Of a stretch of DNA of 64,000 bases, positions 29,875-42,205 are shown piece by piece. The number at the start of each line of letters is the position of its first letter. The stretch's first letter is position 1. Location: positions 35,774,001 to 35,838,000 of the forward strand of contig NC_043002.1 in the NCBI RefSeq assembly GCF_006345805.1. The letters run 5' to 3'. The translations under genes were made by a program, and so were the position numbers. The DNA comes from Octopus sinensis. Its lineage: Eukaryota. Below the pieces are notes generated by a model. The model ran no database searches and had not been told where the DNA came from. It saw nothing but the letters and a program-made list of their open reading frames with translations.

Positions 29875-30420
29875 GAATTATGATATTAATCGTTACAATA
29901 TAAAATTTACGACGTCCTCGTGTTGTGTGTACACATTGTTTGGTAATGCAGTAAGATATTTTCTGTGGCTACATGATTCATTCTGTGTGGAAGTTAGTTT
30001 CATCCCTGTGTCGCTAGAAAAAAAAAAGAGAAAGAGTAAATGTGATATAGCAGCTTCAGATAATAAAAGTTCTATCTTTACATGCATAGGAAACAAAAGT
30101 TTGCTCCTCGACCAGCGATCGAATTGACCGACAAAATGTACTTCTTAAGTATTGCGCTTCAAAGAGGTCATCTTAAAACAATAGCTTTCTTCAGAGTTAT
30201 TTTTCTGACACTTCCATGACCAGAGGAAGATCAAGAGGTTAACTCATCCTCATAAATCTCTAAGTGCAGAGAGGAAAAAAAACAAAAGACCGGAAATTTA
30301 TTTGACAATTAATAAAAATGTCGATTCAGTCCCGACTCTTCTTAGCTATACTATTCTGCATCTGATTACTAATACATACATACATACATACATACATACA
30401 TACATACATACATACATACA

Positions 30421-30456
<36 letters not shown>

Positions 30457-30498
30457 TATATTGATAGAAATGGTAAGACAACAAAAGAAGGAGACCTT

Positions 30499-30660
30499 GG
30501 AGTTCAAATTCCGCCGAGGTCGACTTTGCCTTTCATTCTCTCGGGGTCGATTAAATAAGTACCAGTTACGCACTGATGTCGATATAATCGACTTAATCCG
30601 TTTGTCTGTCCTTTTTTGTCCTCTCTGTGTTTAGCCCCTTGTGGGTAGTAAAGAAATAGA
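30499..30660 (+). mobile_element. 5'-truncated SINE body
   Basis: GAGTTCAAATTCCGCCGAGGTCGAC...GGTAGTAAAGAAATAG, same family as 27745. Confidence 0.88.
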
Positions 30661-30680
30661 TATTATGTAGAGGAATTTGT

Positions 30681-30756
<76 letters not shown>

Positions 30757-30974
30757 ATGGCCGGTCACAAAGTGACCATTGGTTTCGTACCTATAAATAT
30801 AGATATAAATATAAATGTATGTATGTATGTATGTATGTATGTATGTAGTATGTATGTATGTATGTATGTATGTATGCATGTATGTATGTATGTATGTATG
30901 CATGTATGTATATATATATATATACACATATATACATATATATTTATGTATATGTAAGTATGTATGTATGTATG

Positions 30975-31042
<68 letters not shown>

Positions 31043-31222
31043 TTGCGAGGATATATCAACCTCTTAAAAGGATGATTTCATCCAAGATACACTGGTTTAA
31101 TACCTTATATTGTTGTGAAATATATCTTCAATATAAATAGGTATATTATAAATATCGAATATTATTAAGAAAATGGGAAATTTAAATGGATATAAATTAA
31201 TGTATTAACATATTGTTTATTT

Positions 31223-31319
31223 AAGCCTACAATTGCTTCAGTTTATACTCAATACAAATTACAAATCTATAAAATAAGTCTACATTTTGAAGATTGTGAA
31301 TAAAATGTCATCAGAGCCG
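31223..31319 (-). ncRNA. Degenerate type I hammerhead ribozyme in a Penelope-type terminal repeat
   Basis: Minus strand: GGCT-CTGATGA-(68 nt)-GAAG-CAATTG-TA-GGCT. GAAA has become GAAG and the base of stem II is broken; the tail runs left into (TA)n at about 31039. Confidence 0.6.
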
Positions 31320-31639
31320 ATGGACATTAAAGGAACTACATGCTGATCAATTGAGATTCTCCGACAGACTAAGTAGATGAAAATATGTTTCATAAAAAAT
31401 AAAAAATAAAGATATAATAAAAATAAAAATAAAAATGTGTAAACAAAATAAAAATAAAACCGCTATAAATGTGGATGTCAATTGCCTATGTTAATTTGTG
31501 TGTGTGTGTGTGTGTATGTGTTTGGGTGTGGGTGTGTATGTGCGGGCGCTCGTGCGTGTTAACGTGTTAGGAAAAACTTACCGAATCAAATCCGCTTGTT
31601 TATATATGCGTGTGTGCGTAATTATTTGAAAATAAAATC

Positions 31640-33519
31640 CAACCAGTATAATCTTGTATTATTTTCAAAGTAACCATCCTAAAACATTAACAAATACTTT
31701 CATATCAAATGTCGAAAAAACAATTTCTTACCTTTCGTCTAATAAATTGATTTTCTATGATAATATAGAATGCGATAATATAGCACTCGCAAAAGTAGGA
31801 TATAAACGTAAGATAAAATATTATAGGCCTAATGTAAACAATATAAATAAAAATAGAGTTGATAAAATGCGAAATAAAACAATTAAAAATGATAATAAAT
31901 GGACTAAACTAGAAGTATTAATACACATGATATAAATAAAAATAATATGAATATAACTACAAACTGATTATTTAAACCCTAAAATAAACAAACATAGATT
32001 TTAAAATAAGAATAAGAATAAAAAAGAATAATAATAACTTTGGCAAAGTAAATATTAAGTCTAATTATGAATTCACGAAACCTAATACTAAATATAAAAT
32101 TTATAACTATTCATTACGAAAATAACAAATCTAGTAAAGCTGAAATTATTACGAATATGAATATCCAAGATAATACTCATAATATTCGTAAAAATAAAAC
32201 TAAACGATATACCCCTTACGTAAATTCTTCTAAATCATATATGGATAATAATTGTCCTGATAAAGCTAATATTATATGGTTGATTATCCCCTTTGCAAAG
32301 CAGGTTAGAAATAACTTAATTCTCTTTATAGATCTATTTCTAAACACTTCACTAAAGATAATAGATATAATGAAATAATTAACAATAAATCTATAAGAAT
32401 AGGTTTCTCTTCATCTAAAAATGTTTTTAGAAGTATATCTTCAATTAATAACAAAAAAATGGATATTTTCTATAACAATAGAAATATTAATAATACTGAT
32501 TTATCGAACGACTACCGTGGTAAATCTAGTTGTAGGAATGATGATAATATATTTTCCAATGATAGAAGCGAAATAACTCTTTTTATCCACACTAATATGA
32601 ATAATGATAATAAACGGAAATAATATTGGTAAAAATTCTATAATAAATGCTGTAAATAATACTTGTGATTGTAGGATTAAGGATGAATGTAAATTTAATA
32701 GTTTTTGTAAGCAAGATAATCTAGTATATCGATGTATAGTAGAATCAGAAGATTAAAACTACTTTATACTGGATCAACCGAAAATCCCATCAAGCGACGG
32801 ATTGCTAACCACGAAAACAGTTTTAGAAAGAGACAAAAAAATGAAAAGTACAAGTCTATGCAAATTTATATGGATGTTAAAAGACAAAAATAAAAATTAT
32901 AAACTTAAATTGAAGATTATTTGTCACGCCAGATCGTATAGAATTTCTGATAGGTGATGTGAATTATTCGTAGAAGAGATTTTTTCAAATTCTAACATCT
33001 AAACAGACTCCTTAATTCCAGATAAGAGACAATTTTTATCATGTACACATTCCTCTAAATAGGTTTTTAGGAAGTATAATTAGAATAAATAAAATTGAAT
33101 ATAATAAAATAATATCTAACTGTATAATATAATACATGTAACAAAATAAAAAATTAAATATATACAAATATATATGATATAAAACAATATAAATAATATG
33201 ATATAATATTCAAACGTCTAATAATAATATTGATTATTTCAATTGATAAGCTTAATTAATTAACTGATATAATATTTAATATTTTGATACTAAATATTGT
33301 AAATCTATTAACACACTAATTTTGATACGTAATACGTTAAATCTTTATTCTCACGAAACAAAAATTGCATTTAACGTAATCACGTGATACACAATTTATA
33401 CTACTCACTTGTTTAACACTAATAAAATTTATCATTAGCATAAATGATCCTTAAATCTAATAATTAAAATTAATTGATACGAATATTCTAAATACTATTA
33501 AGATTAATCATAATTTTGT

Positions 33520-33520
<1 letters not shown>
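31640..33520 (+). mobile_element. AT-rich Penelope-like 3' fragment (RT thumb plus GIY-YIG), ending at (TA)n
   Basis: SNHPKTL...ISYLSSN...ALAKVGY; IIWLIIPF; CDCRIKDECKFNSFCKQDNLVYRC; YTGSTENPIKRRIANHENSF; STSLCKFIWMLK. Same architecture as 23040-25670. Confidence 0.88.
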
Positions 33521-33583
<63 letters not shown>

Positions 33584-34261
33584 CGTTTTTGGATTTGGTT
33601 TGCAAGATTCTTTATATGAGTTCGTGTGTTGAAGCATATTCTGTTGTGTCTGGGGAGAGTCATTTTCTTTTTGTGCCTTATAATGTAACACACTCACCGG
33701 TAAAATTTCCACTTTTTCTTATTTTTATTTTCCTAAAATTTTCGTTGCGTCTTGCAACCTTTTCAATAGTTTTGACTCTGTCCGTTATTTACACTGCGTT
33801 CCCTTTTGTTTGTTTGTGCGCATGTGAGTGGGTCAGTGTGTGTGTGTATGTGTGCCTATACATGCATACATGTACGTATGTATGTGTGTGTTTGCATGTG
33901 TATGTATGTATATATGTGTGTGTATGCATATGTATGTATCTGTGTGCATCTGTATGTACGTATCCTGCATATTTATTTGCTTGCATGTCCGTGTTTGTGT
34001 ATTTTGTATGTATATGTGTGTGAGCATGTATTTGTATATGTATGTACCTCTGTCTCCTTGTGTGTGCATATCTGTGTGTATGTGTGTGTTATGCAACTAT
34101 GTACCATGTTTGTATGTATGGATGTGCATCTTTATATGTGTGGATCCGTGTCTCTATATGTGTCTGTTCTTATAGCCTATGCACCTATCCGCCTGTATGT
34201 TGATCTATTTATTTATATAAAGATCACCAGCCCTTATCCACACACACACATACACGCTCTC

Positions 34262-34437
34262 ACATACACACGCATGCGCACCTTCGTTTTGGGATCACCA
34301 CTACTTTATTATCCCCTCTTCTTCATAGCTGTCCTGTCTGACCACCTCCGTCCGGCCATCGCCATGATTGACCGCTAGCCACTAAAGCTTTTTTATTATT
34401 CTCTTTCTATTTTCTCGTGTTCCTTTCTGTTGAAAGG
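34262..34437 (+). mobile_element. Probable Penelope terminal-repeat fragment
   Basis: ...GACCGCTAGCCACTA...CCTTTCTGTTGAA resembles a recurrent non-coding Penelope end as I recall it; it abuts the minus-strand Penelope tail. Confidence 0.35.
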
Positions 34438-34439
34438 TG

Positions 34440-35930
34440 TGTGCATGTATAGGTGTATGGATGACGGTATGGTTGCTGGGAAGTGGTCAGTGTTAGTGTG
34501 TGCGGAGTAGTGTGATGTAGTGTTGTAGGGTGTGGTGTGGTGTTGGTGCTGGAAAGTTTGTCAATGCTAGTGAAAGCAGGGTGGTGCGATGTAGTGTGGT
34601 GGTGTGGTGTAGTGATGTGTGGTGTGTTGTGTATTGTGTTGTGGTGTGATGGTGTGGTGTGGTGATATGTAGTATGTTGTGTTATAGTATAGTGGTGTGT
34701 GGTGTTTTGGTGCGGTGTGGCATGATGTGGTGTGTAAGGGTGGGGTGTAAGTTGGGGTGAGGGTGTGGGGGTAAGGGTGGGTATGAAGGAGTGAGGCGTG
34801 TGGTGGGCGGGATGGCAAGTATAGGGATGGGAAGTAGAAACGCGTCTGTGTAGATGTGGGGTAATGATGGAGGAGTGACGAAGAAGGGAGAGGGTGGTAG
34901 GGAGGTGGGTAGGAATGAAGAGAGGAGGTAGGTGTCAGAGCAAAAGAGGAGAGAGAGATGGTGGGAGTGAAGAAAGGAAGTAGATGTGAGAGGAAGGTAA
35001 CAGAGAGTAGGGTAGTTAGATGAAGAGGGGTGGGGAGTTGAGCCCATGTGGGGCAAAGGAGCGAAGAGAGAAGAGTAATTCCTGTTCACGGCGAAGACGG
35101 GAATCCGGATGGCCCCTGTGCAAGGACAATCCGAACACAAGACAGGTGTTGTAAAGAATGACCGGTAGAGTGGAAATGGCGCGAGACCGGGGTGTCGATG
35201 CCGAGTCTGATGTCTCGGAGATGTTCCGCGAACCGGTCAGCCAAACGGCGTCCCGTTTGACCGATGTACAGAGAAGGACAGAGAGAGCAGGAGATGCAGT
35301 AAATGACGTTGCTAGAAGTGCAAGGGAAGGAGTCAGTGATTCGATGATGGGTGCCTGTGAGGATGGTGGTGTTGGAGAGGTAGGGGCTAGTGCGGCAGCG
35401 TGGGCGGGAGCAGAGGAACGAGCCGGGTTGAGAGGTGGAGTTAGGGAAGAAACTGAGGACCAGGAGGTCACGTAGGTTGTGGGCTCGTTTGAAGGAGAGG
35501 AGGGGTAGGTTAGGAAATATGTACGAAGAGGAGGGTCGGACTGGAGACGCCGGAAGGCTCGGAGAATGGTGCGTTGGAGAGATAGGGTGGAGGGGTGGTA
35601 GGTGACGAGAAACAGGAGATGGATAACGGTGGGGCGCGTGCGGGAAGAGAGAGCAGATGCACGGTCCACGGAACGTGCTCTGGCAAGGGCGGTGTGGATA
35701 GTGGTGAGGAGATATCCACGAAAAATGAAGTGGTGAGCCATGAGTTGAGTTGAGACTGAATCTCAAAGTCATGGTTGTCACTCCAGAGCCTGCGCAGACG
35801 GAGGAATTGGGCGAAGGGGATGGAGAGCTTGGTGTGTTTCGAGTGAGAGGAGGAGAAGTTGAGGTATGAGTGTGAGTCGGTGTGTTTCTTGTGGATGGGG
35901 GTGGTGAGAGTGGAGTGATGAATGCTGACC
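34440..35930 (-). mobile_element. GC-rich Penelope-like 3' fragment (RT thumb plus GIY-YIG plus low-complexity 3' region)
   Basis: TDSHSYLNFSSSH...SIPFAQFLRLRRL; FPCTSSNVIYCISCSLCPSLYIGQTGRRLADRFAEHLRDIR...VSRHF; REQELLFSLRSFAPHGLN. Frameshifted. Confidence 0.93.
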
Positions 35931-36403
35931 GAAATGTCGAGAAAGGCGACGAAACTGTTATATATAAACTTAAAACCAGTGCATTTTGCACTTTTTTATA
36001 AGTTTTTATTTTGTTTTAGTTTATGAAAAAAATCATGTCTAATTTATTGCTTAACTGCACAACAAACTCTTGAAAATGCAGCTTTCAGCAAAAATTTCAG
36101 CTGCAGATGTAGAGATGGGCGAAAAACAATTAAGTTCAGCTAATTAGTATGTGTAAATAAAACAGCTCAAGTTCTCTATGTAGTACAGAGATCAAATTTG
36201 AAATGCCGGTTCTGAAAGTTTTTCTAGAACAACAATCAGTTCAATATCTAATCAAATATGCAAATTACCTATGATATATTCAAACCTCAAATATGCAAAT
36301 TAAGAATTATAAATTTTAAAATTTTCAATAAACCTTTTACATATTTAGCTATGATTAAGTAGAATGATATTGTAATTGTTTGTAAAAAATATACTGTGGA
36401 AGC

Positions 36404-36783
36404 ACTCCGTCGGTTACGACGACGAGGGTTCCGGTTGATCCGAATCAACGGAACAGCCTGCTCGTGAAATTAACGTGTAAGTGGCTGAGCACTCCACAGA
36501 CACGTGTACCCTTAACGTAGTTCTCGGGGATATTCAGCGTGACACAGAGAGTGACAAGGCCGGCCCTTTGAAATACAAAGGTACAACAGAAACAGGAAGT
36601 AAGAGTGAGAGAAAGTTGTGGTGAAAGAGTACAGCAGAGATCACCACCATCCCCTGCCGGAGCCTCGTGGAGCTTTAGGTGTTTTCGCTCAATAAACACT
36701 CACAACGCCCGGTCTGGGAATCGAAACCGCGATCCTATGACCGCGAGTCCGCTGACCTAACCACTGGGCCATTGCGCCTCCAC
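36404..36783 (-). mobile_element. tRNA-derived SINE (copy A)
   Basis: Minus-strand head GGAGGCGCAATGGCCCAGTGGTTAGG...GGTTTCGATTCCC (A and B boxes); 3' end CCCTCGTCGTCGTAACCGACGGAGT. Confidence 0.92.
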
Positions 36784-37432
36784 TATAAAATATACTAACA
36801 TTAAAACCAATGGAAAGCCTGGCCTTTGTAGATACATATCCTGGTGCAGCCCTCCTCCGAATCCCGTATACTTTAGCTACAGGACTATTTTCTGCTATTT
36901 GACACATAACCGGGGTTCTTAACAGATACTACGACCCCTGGCTAGAGCGAACCTGAAAGTAGTGGTGACTAAGCGATAAGTCCGTATTTCTCCAAATATC
37001 CTGAGCACCCTAACTGGAGGTTCACCATTACATGCAGTTTATTGTCTTCTCCATTTTGTAAGGGAGAGTTTTTGAAATCTAAAGCAGTTGATCAGTGTGT
37101 GTTCTCAATAAAGAAAATTACAGTTTCTGTTTTTGAGCCACTTTAAAACTGAACAAAATGTCAATTACTTACCAAAAAAAAAATCTGCGTAGATCACTAC
37201 CTTTGAAGTAAGCTACATATATTAAAAAATACACATTTTATGAATATATTAAAAATGAATAAATTAAAAAATGAATATATTAAAGAATGAATATATTAAA
37301 AAATACACATTTTATGAATAGTGAAAGGAATAATTTCATATCAAATTTTGTTATTTTGTTTAATCAGTAATCAATTTTTAATTTTCGAAATTTGTGTACA
37401 ACAGATATATCGCACGTGAATGTGATGTACCT

Positions 37433-37758
37433 TTTAAAGACTCCGCCGGTTACGACGACGAGGGTCCCAGCTGATACGATCAACGGAACAGCTTGCTCGT
37501 GAAATTAACGTGCAAATGGCTGAGCATTCCACAGACACGTGTACCCTTAACGTAGTTCTCGGGGATAATCAGCGTGACACAGAGAGTGACAAGGCTGACC
37601 CTTTGAAATACAAGTACAACTCATTTTTGCCAGCTGAGTGGACTGGAGCAACGTGAAATAAGTGTCTTGCTCAAGGACACAACGCGTCGCCGGGAATCGA
37701 ACTCACAACCTTACGATCATGAGCCGAATGCCCTAACCACTAAGCCACGCGCCCTCAC
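37433..37758 (-). mobile_element. tRNA-derived SINE (copy B) with V-domain-like GTGTCCTTGAGCAAGACAC
   Basis: Head GAGGGCGCGTGGCTTAGTGGTTAGGG...GAGTTCGATTCCC; shares its 3' half with copy A. Confidence 0.92.
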
Positions 37759-37769
37759 TTTCAAAATAA

Positions 37770-38797
37770 GACTCCGCCGGTTACAACGACGAGGGTCCCA
37801 GCTGATACGATCAACGGAACAGCTTGCTCGTGAAATTAACGTGCAAATGGCTGAGCATTCCACAGACACGTGTACCCTTAACGTAGTTCTCGGGGATAAT
37901 CAGCGTGACACAGAGAGTGACAAGGCCGGCCCTTTGAAATACAAAGGTACAACAGAAACAGGAAGTAAGAGTGAGAGAAAGTTGTGGTGAAAGAGTACAG
38001 CAGAGATCACCACCATCCCCTGCCGGAGCCTCGTGGAGCTTTAGGTGTTTTCGCTCAATAAACACTCACAACGCCCGGTCTGGGAATCGAAACCGCGATC
38101 CTATGACCGCGAGTCCGCTGACCTAACCACTGGGCCATTGCGCCTCCACTATAAAATATACTAACATTAAAACCAATGGAAAGCCTGGCCTTTGTAGATA
38201 CATATCCTGGTGCAGCCCTCCTCCGAATCCCGTATACTTTAGCTACAGGACTATTTTCTGCTATTTGACACATAACCGGGGTTCTTAACAGATACTACGA
38301 CCCCTGGCTAGAGCGAACCTGAAAGTAGTGGTGACTAAGCGATAAGTCCGTATTTCTCCAAATATCCTGAGCACTCTAACTGGAGGTTCACCATTACATG
38401 CAGTTTATTGTCTTCTCCATTTTGTAAGGGAGAGTTTTTGAAATCTAAAGCAGTTGATCAGTGTGTGTTCTCAATAAAGAAAATTACAGTTTCTGTTTTT
38501 GAGCCACTTTAAAACTGAACAAAATGTCAATTACTTACCAAAAAAAAATCTGCGTAGATCACTACCTTTGAAATAAGCTACATATATTAAAAAATACACA
38601 TTTTATGAATATATTAAAAATGAATAAATTAAAAAATGAATATATTAAAGAATGAATATATTAAAAAATACACATTTTATGAATAGTGAAAGGAATAATT
38701 TCATATCAAATTTTGTTATTTTGTTTAATCAGTAATCAATTTTTAATTTTCGAAATTTGTGTACAACAGATATATCGCACGTGAATGTGATGTACCT
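37770..38797. repeat. Chimeric B/A SINE plus near-identical duplicate of about 36535-37432
   Basis: 37900-38797 matches 36535-37432 apart from a few substitutions and A-run length; 37770-37899 carries B-type variants. Confidence 0.93.
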
Positions 38798-38978
38798 AAT
38801 ATTAGGTTGAAAGAAGTACAATGGAGAGGTCATTCAGGTTGACCACAAACAGGTTAGCCTTGATTTAGCAAACCTATGATGAAAGGAATTAAGCCTTGAG
38901 CGTCCCAAACACTTTTTCCGGACACTTTGCATAACAAACACATAATGAGGTATTTGTCAGATAAGTTACACACACACA

Positions 38979-39009
<31 letters not shown>

Positions 39010-39011
39010 CA

Positions 39012-40493
39012 GTGGGTGTACCAGCAAAATTGTTACAAACCCTTAAAACTTCTTGAAACCAATAAACTAATCGATTTGCAATTTCCCATGTTTTTCTAAG
39101 ATGTCTGGCTATACTGACACCAGTTTTTGTAAGAATCAATGAAATACCCATTGAGATATTTTGTAGAAAGAGAACAGATTGAAATCGTTTTGTGCTAGCC
39201 TCACCATGTCTTCCCAAATGAGCAACGTTGAGAGGACTAAGATCATCCAGGCCTTCAGTAATGGTACCAACATTCATTCCCTGGCTTCCATCTTCAAAGT
39301 CCATTCAAGAACCATCAAGAGAATCGTAAATAAGTTTGAGAGAGAAGGGACAGTAGAGAAGAAAACTGGATCAGGAGGTCATAATTGCAAGAGGGATCAT
39401 TATTTCAATCTGGAGCTGAAGTGATCAATCAGCAGCGATCCAACTCAATCTATAACACGTTTGGCACGTGAGAGAAGAGTTTAAGCTATGACAGTTGAAA
39501 GAATGGTGACAGAAGACTTGAAAAGGAAATCGTACATGAGACCTGTGAGACACCGTGTAACTCCAGGACAAAAGGTTAGAAGGTAGGACGGGATGAAGGT
39601 CATCCTGAACATAGTGAAACATAAACCTGAAGTGATCTTTTACACAGATACGCAAACAAACAGACGCAACAACTACTTCAGATCTTCATGAGAGAACCAA
39701 AAATGTCATTTTCAAGTGCAAAAACCCTGTCAAGGTGATGAGCTTCCCATTCGTGGCCTCTAATGGCCAGACGGTTTTGAAAGATGTAAAGACCTAGATA
39801 ATTTTTAAATATCTTCAGGCAAGAGATGAGGGAAACCCCAACATATCGCTAAGGACTTCAATTTTACATTCCAGCAAGATGAAGCACCTTGTCACACAAG
39901 TGCAGTGGCTCAAAAATTTCCCAGATATGAGTTTGGAAACATGTTTTGAGATAAGGACACTTGGCCCCTTTCACCTGATTCGAAGATTTCAGCATCTGCA
40001 TTGAACTGGGCAGAAAAGCTTGTGAGAAAACTCACAGTAACCTACAAGCCCTCAAAAACTCCATTCGTAGGACGTGGGAAGACTTCATTGGAGAGGAATT
40101 CATTAAGAAATTGTGCTGCAGCCAGGAAGACGGTTGAGGAAGTCATTGCGAAAAGAGAAGCAACTCTTGATGCCTAACAGCTAGGATTGCGGTCAGGAGT
40201 GTCTCTGGCACTTTCAAACAAAGCTTTAAGCTTCCTTTCAAAGTTTATTCCAGTCCTTTATGAGCTCCCAATCATGGGCTATGGTTAATTTTTTTCATGT
40301 AAATGTCATTTTCGTCCATCATCACGATTCTTCTGGCGAGCTTGGAGAGGAATGAACAGTTTCCTTGCTCAAAGTAGAGTCCAATAGCGTTAGAAACACC
40401 TCTGTTAATTCCATTTCGTTATCTTCAAGCATTGCTGAGATACAAAGTTCGAAGTTGAATATAAAATTTTGACAATTTTGCTGACACACCCGG
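39012..40493 (+). mobile_element. Tc1/mariner-superfamily transposon (maT/DD37D-like), pseudogenised transposase about 39206-40177
   Basis: Imperfect TIRs GGGTGT(AC/GT)CAGCAAAATTGT at both ends, with TA after the right end. HTH region ERTKIIQAF...LASIFKVHSRTIKRIVNKFEREGTVEKKTGSG; catalytic region FTFQQDEAPCHTS and WP..SPD. Subfamily tentative. Confidence 0.9.
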
Positions 40494-40669
40494 TATATAC
40501 AAAAATACATACATACATACATACATACATAATACATACATACATACATATGTGGGTGCGTGTGTGTTTATGTACGTGTTTACACGCGAGTGCGTGTGTA
40601 TGCTTATAGGCTTGGAGGCGTATATGTACGCGTGTATGTGGGTGTATATATCCATGATGATATGTATGT

Positions 40670-41348
40670 ACTAGAAGTCCATTTAATTCAAGGAACCAGA
40701 TTAAATGCTCATCAGCTCTGATTTACAACGCATTAAGTCCCCAGACGAAACTGTTGATGTACTGACAATTCTACAACTAAATTTTATCAATCTCCTGACC
40801 ACCATGCTTGGTCCATAACCTCTATACATCCCTTATCTTTACATTCTTTTACACTTTTATCATGTTTTTATCAGGTTTTTTTACTTTTATTTCTATTTCT
40901 ATTTTTTACTTTATAGTTCTTTATACCCCCTTTACATCTACTTACAACCCTTTATCCTCTACATTTTTATATTATTCTATACTTACACTTTTTATACATT
41001 TTTTATCCCTCGTCCCGAACTCTCGCCCCTCCATCTTCACCTCTATATATGTATTTATTATTTACATTACCTCAACATCCAATTTTCCTCCTCATCTACA
41101 TTGAGAGAGGAAAGAGATGGACGCTTCAACTCTATGCTGCTGCCGCATTATGTCGTACGTGAATGAGAGATTTGCATCCCCAACCAAGAATTTTTGATGT
41201 AACAGACATGTCCTTGTGGAAGCTGTTTGTGCGCGGCTGAAGAAGGCCACAGACATACATTATGCATTGTTATAAATCTGTCTAATAAAGGCCCGAAACA
41301 TATGTACCGCTGAATCCTTCGCATCATTTTTTTATTTTATTTTGATCA

Positions 41349-41351
<3 letters not shown>
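40670..41351 (+). mobile_element. Penelope-like 3' terminal fragment carrying a hammerhead, ending at (TA)n
   Basis: Weak endonuclease C-terminal trace (ILQLNFINLL), pyrimidine-rich UTR, hammerhead at 41233-41310, short tail joined to a TA run. Confidence 0.6.
41233..41310 (+). ncRNA. Type I hammerhead ribozyme, near-intact
   Basis: GCGG-CTGAAGA-AGGCC...GGCCC-GAAA-CATATG-TA-CCGC. Stem I 4 bp, stem II with an A.C mismatch at the first pair, palindromic stem III, GUA cleavage triplet (cut after 41306). Confidence 0.8.
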
Positions 41352-41390
<39 letters not shown>

Positions 41391-41677
41391 CATAATATAT
41401 ATAACATAATATATATATATATAAATTAAAGAAAATCCACTATTATGTAATTCAACCAATGATAGACGTAAACCATATCATATAGAAAAAATAAAATATA
41501 TTATAAAATATATATCTAGATCACAAATAGTACAAAAAAATCAATAAATATTATATAATAAGTAAAAAGACTATGTACGTTTCGTGGCTATAAATTCAAT
41601 TCGAATCACAATTAAATTTAAATTTAATCTAAAAACAATTCAATTTAAAAGTATAGTCATTCCTCGCTTAAATTTAA

Positions 41678-41762
41678 AGAAGACACATGCCCAAGGTGCC
41701 ACGCAGTGCGACAGAACCCGGAACCATGTTGGTAAGCAAGCTATTTGCCACACAGCCACGCC
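41678..41762 (-). mobile_element. SINE head fragment
   Basis: Reverse complement of GGCGTGGCTGTGTGG...GGTTCCGGGTTC...CACCTTGGGCATGTGTCTTC, same family as 51370. Confidence 0.8.
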
Positions 41763-42011
41763 AATGTCTATATATAAAATTCATTATTAGCGATGGAAGC
41801 AGCATTAGTTTCAAATAGCAATCATTATATCATACTTAAAGCAGTTATATTGTTAAAAGATGACTAAACTACGGTATTCATCCCGGGAAGGCATCTCTTA
41901 TAGAGTTGTAGTGTTAAAAAACACATAAATATATAAGCAACAGACAAAATCGTCCAAAAACAGTGGTGGCATTGCTAAATACGTATTTCTGCTTCATAAT
42001 ATTATGTAATT

Positions 42012-42205
42012 AAGGCGGCAAACTGGCAGAATCGGTACCGCGTCGGATAAAATGCTTAGCGGCATTTTTTCGACTTTACGTTCAGAGCTTAAATGACGCC
42101 AGAGTTGACTTTGCCTTACATCCTTTCGGGGTCGATAAAATAAGGGACCGCTTAAGCACTGAAGTTGGTGTAATCGACTTATGTCAACCCCCGAAATTTG
42201 GAACT
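42012..42205 (+). mobile_element. SINE (diverged)
   Basis: AAGGCGGCAAACTGGCAGAATCG...CATCCTTTCGGGGTCGATAAAATAAG. Confidence 0.85.

Noticed and set aside
32955-32957. In-frame TGA next to the C-terminal Cys motif of the Penelope endonuclease (possible selenocysteine, as reported for some Naiad elements)
   Set aside because: The TGA precedes the Cys codon (R*C) rather than replacing it, the copy has many other stops, and no SECIS was identified.
36715-36783. tRNA-like sequences at SINE heads
   Set aside because: A and B boxes continue into SINE bodies and no full cloverleaf is evident; not tRNA genes.
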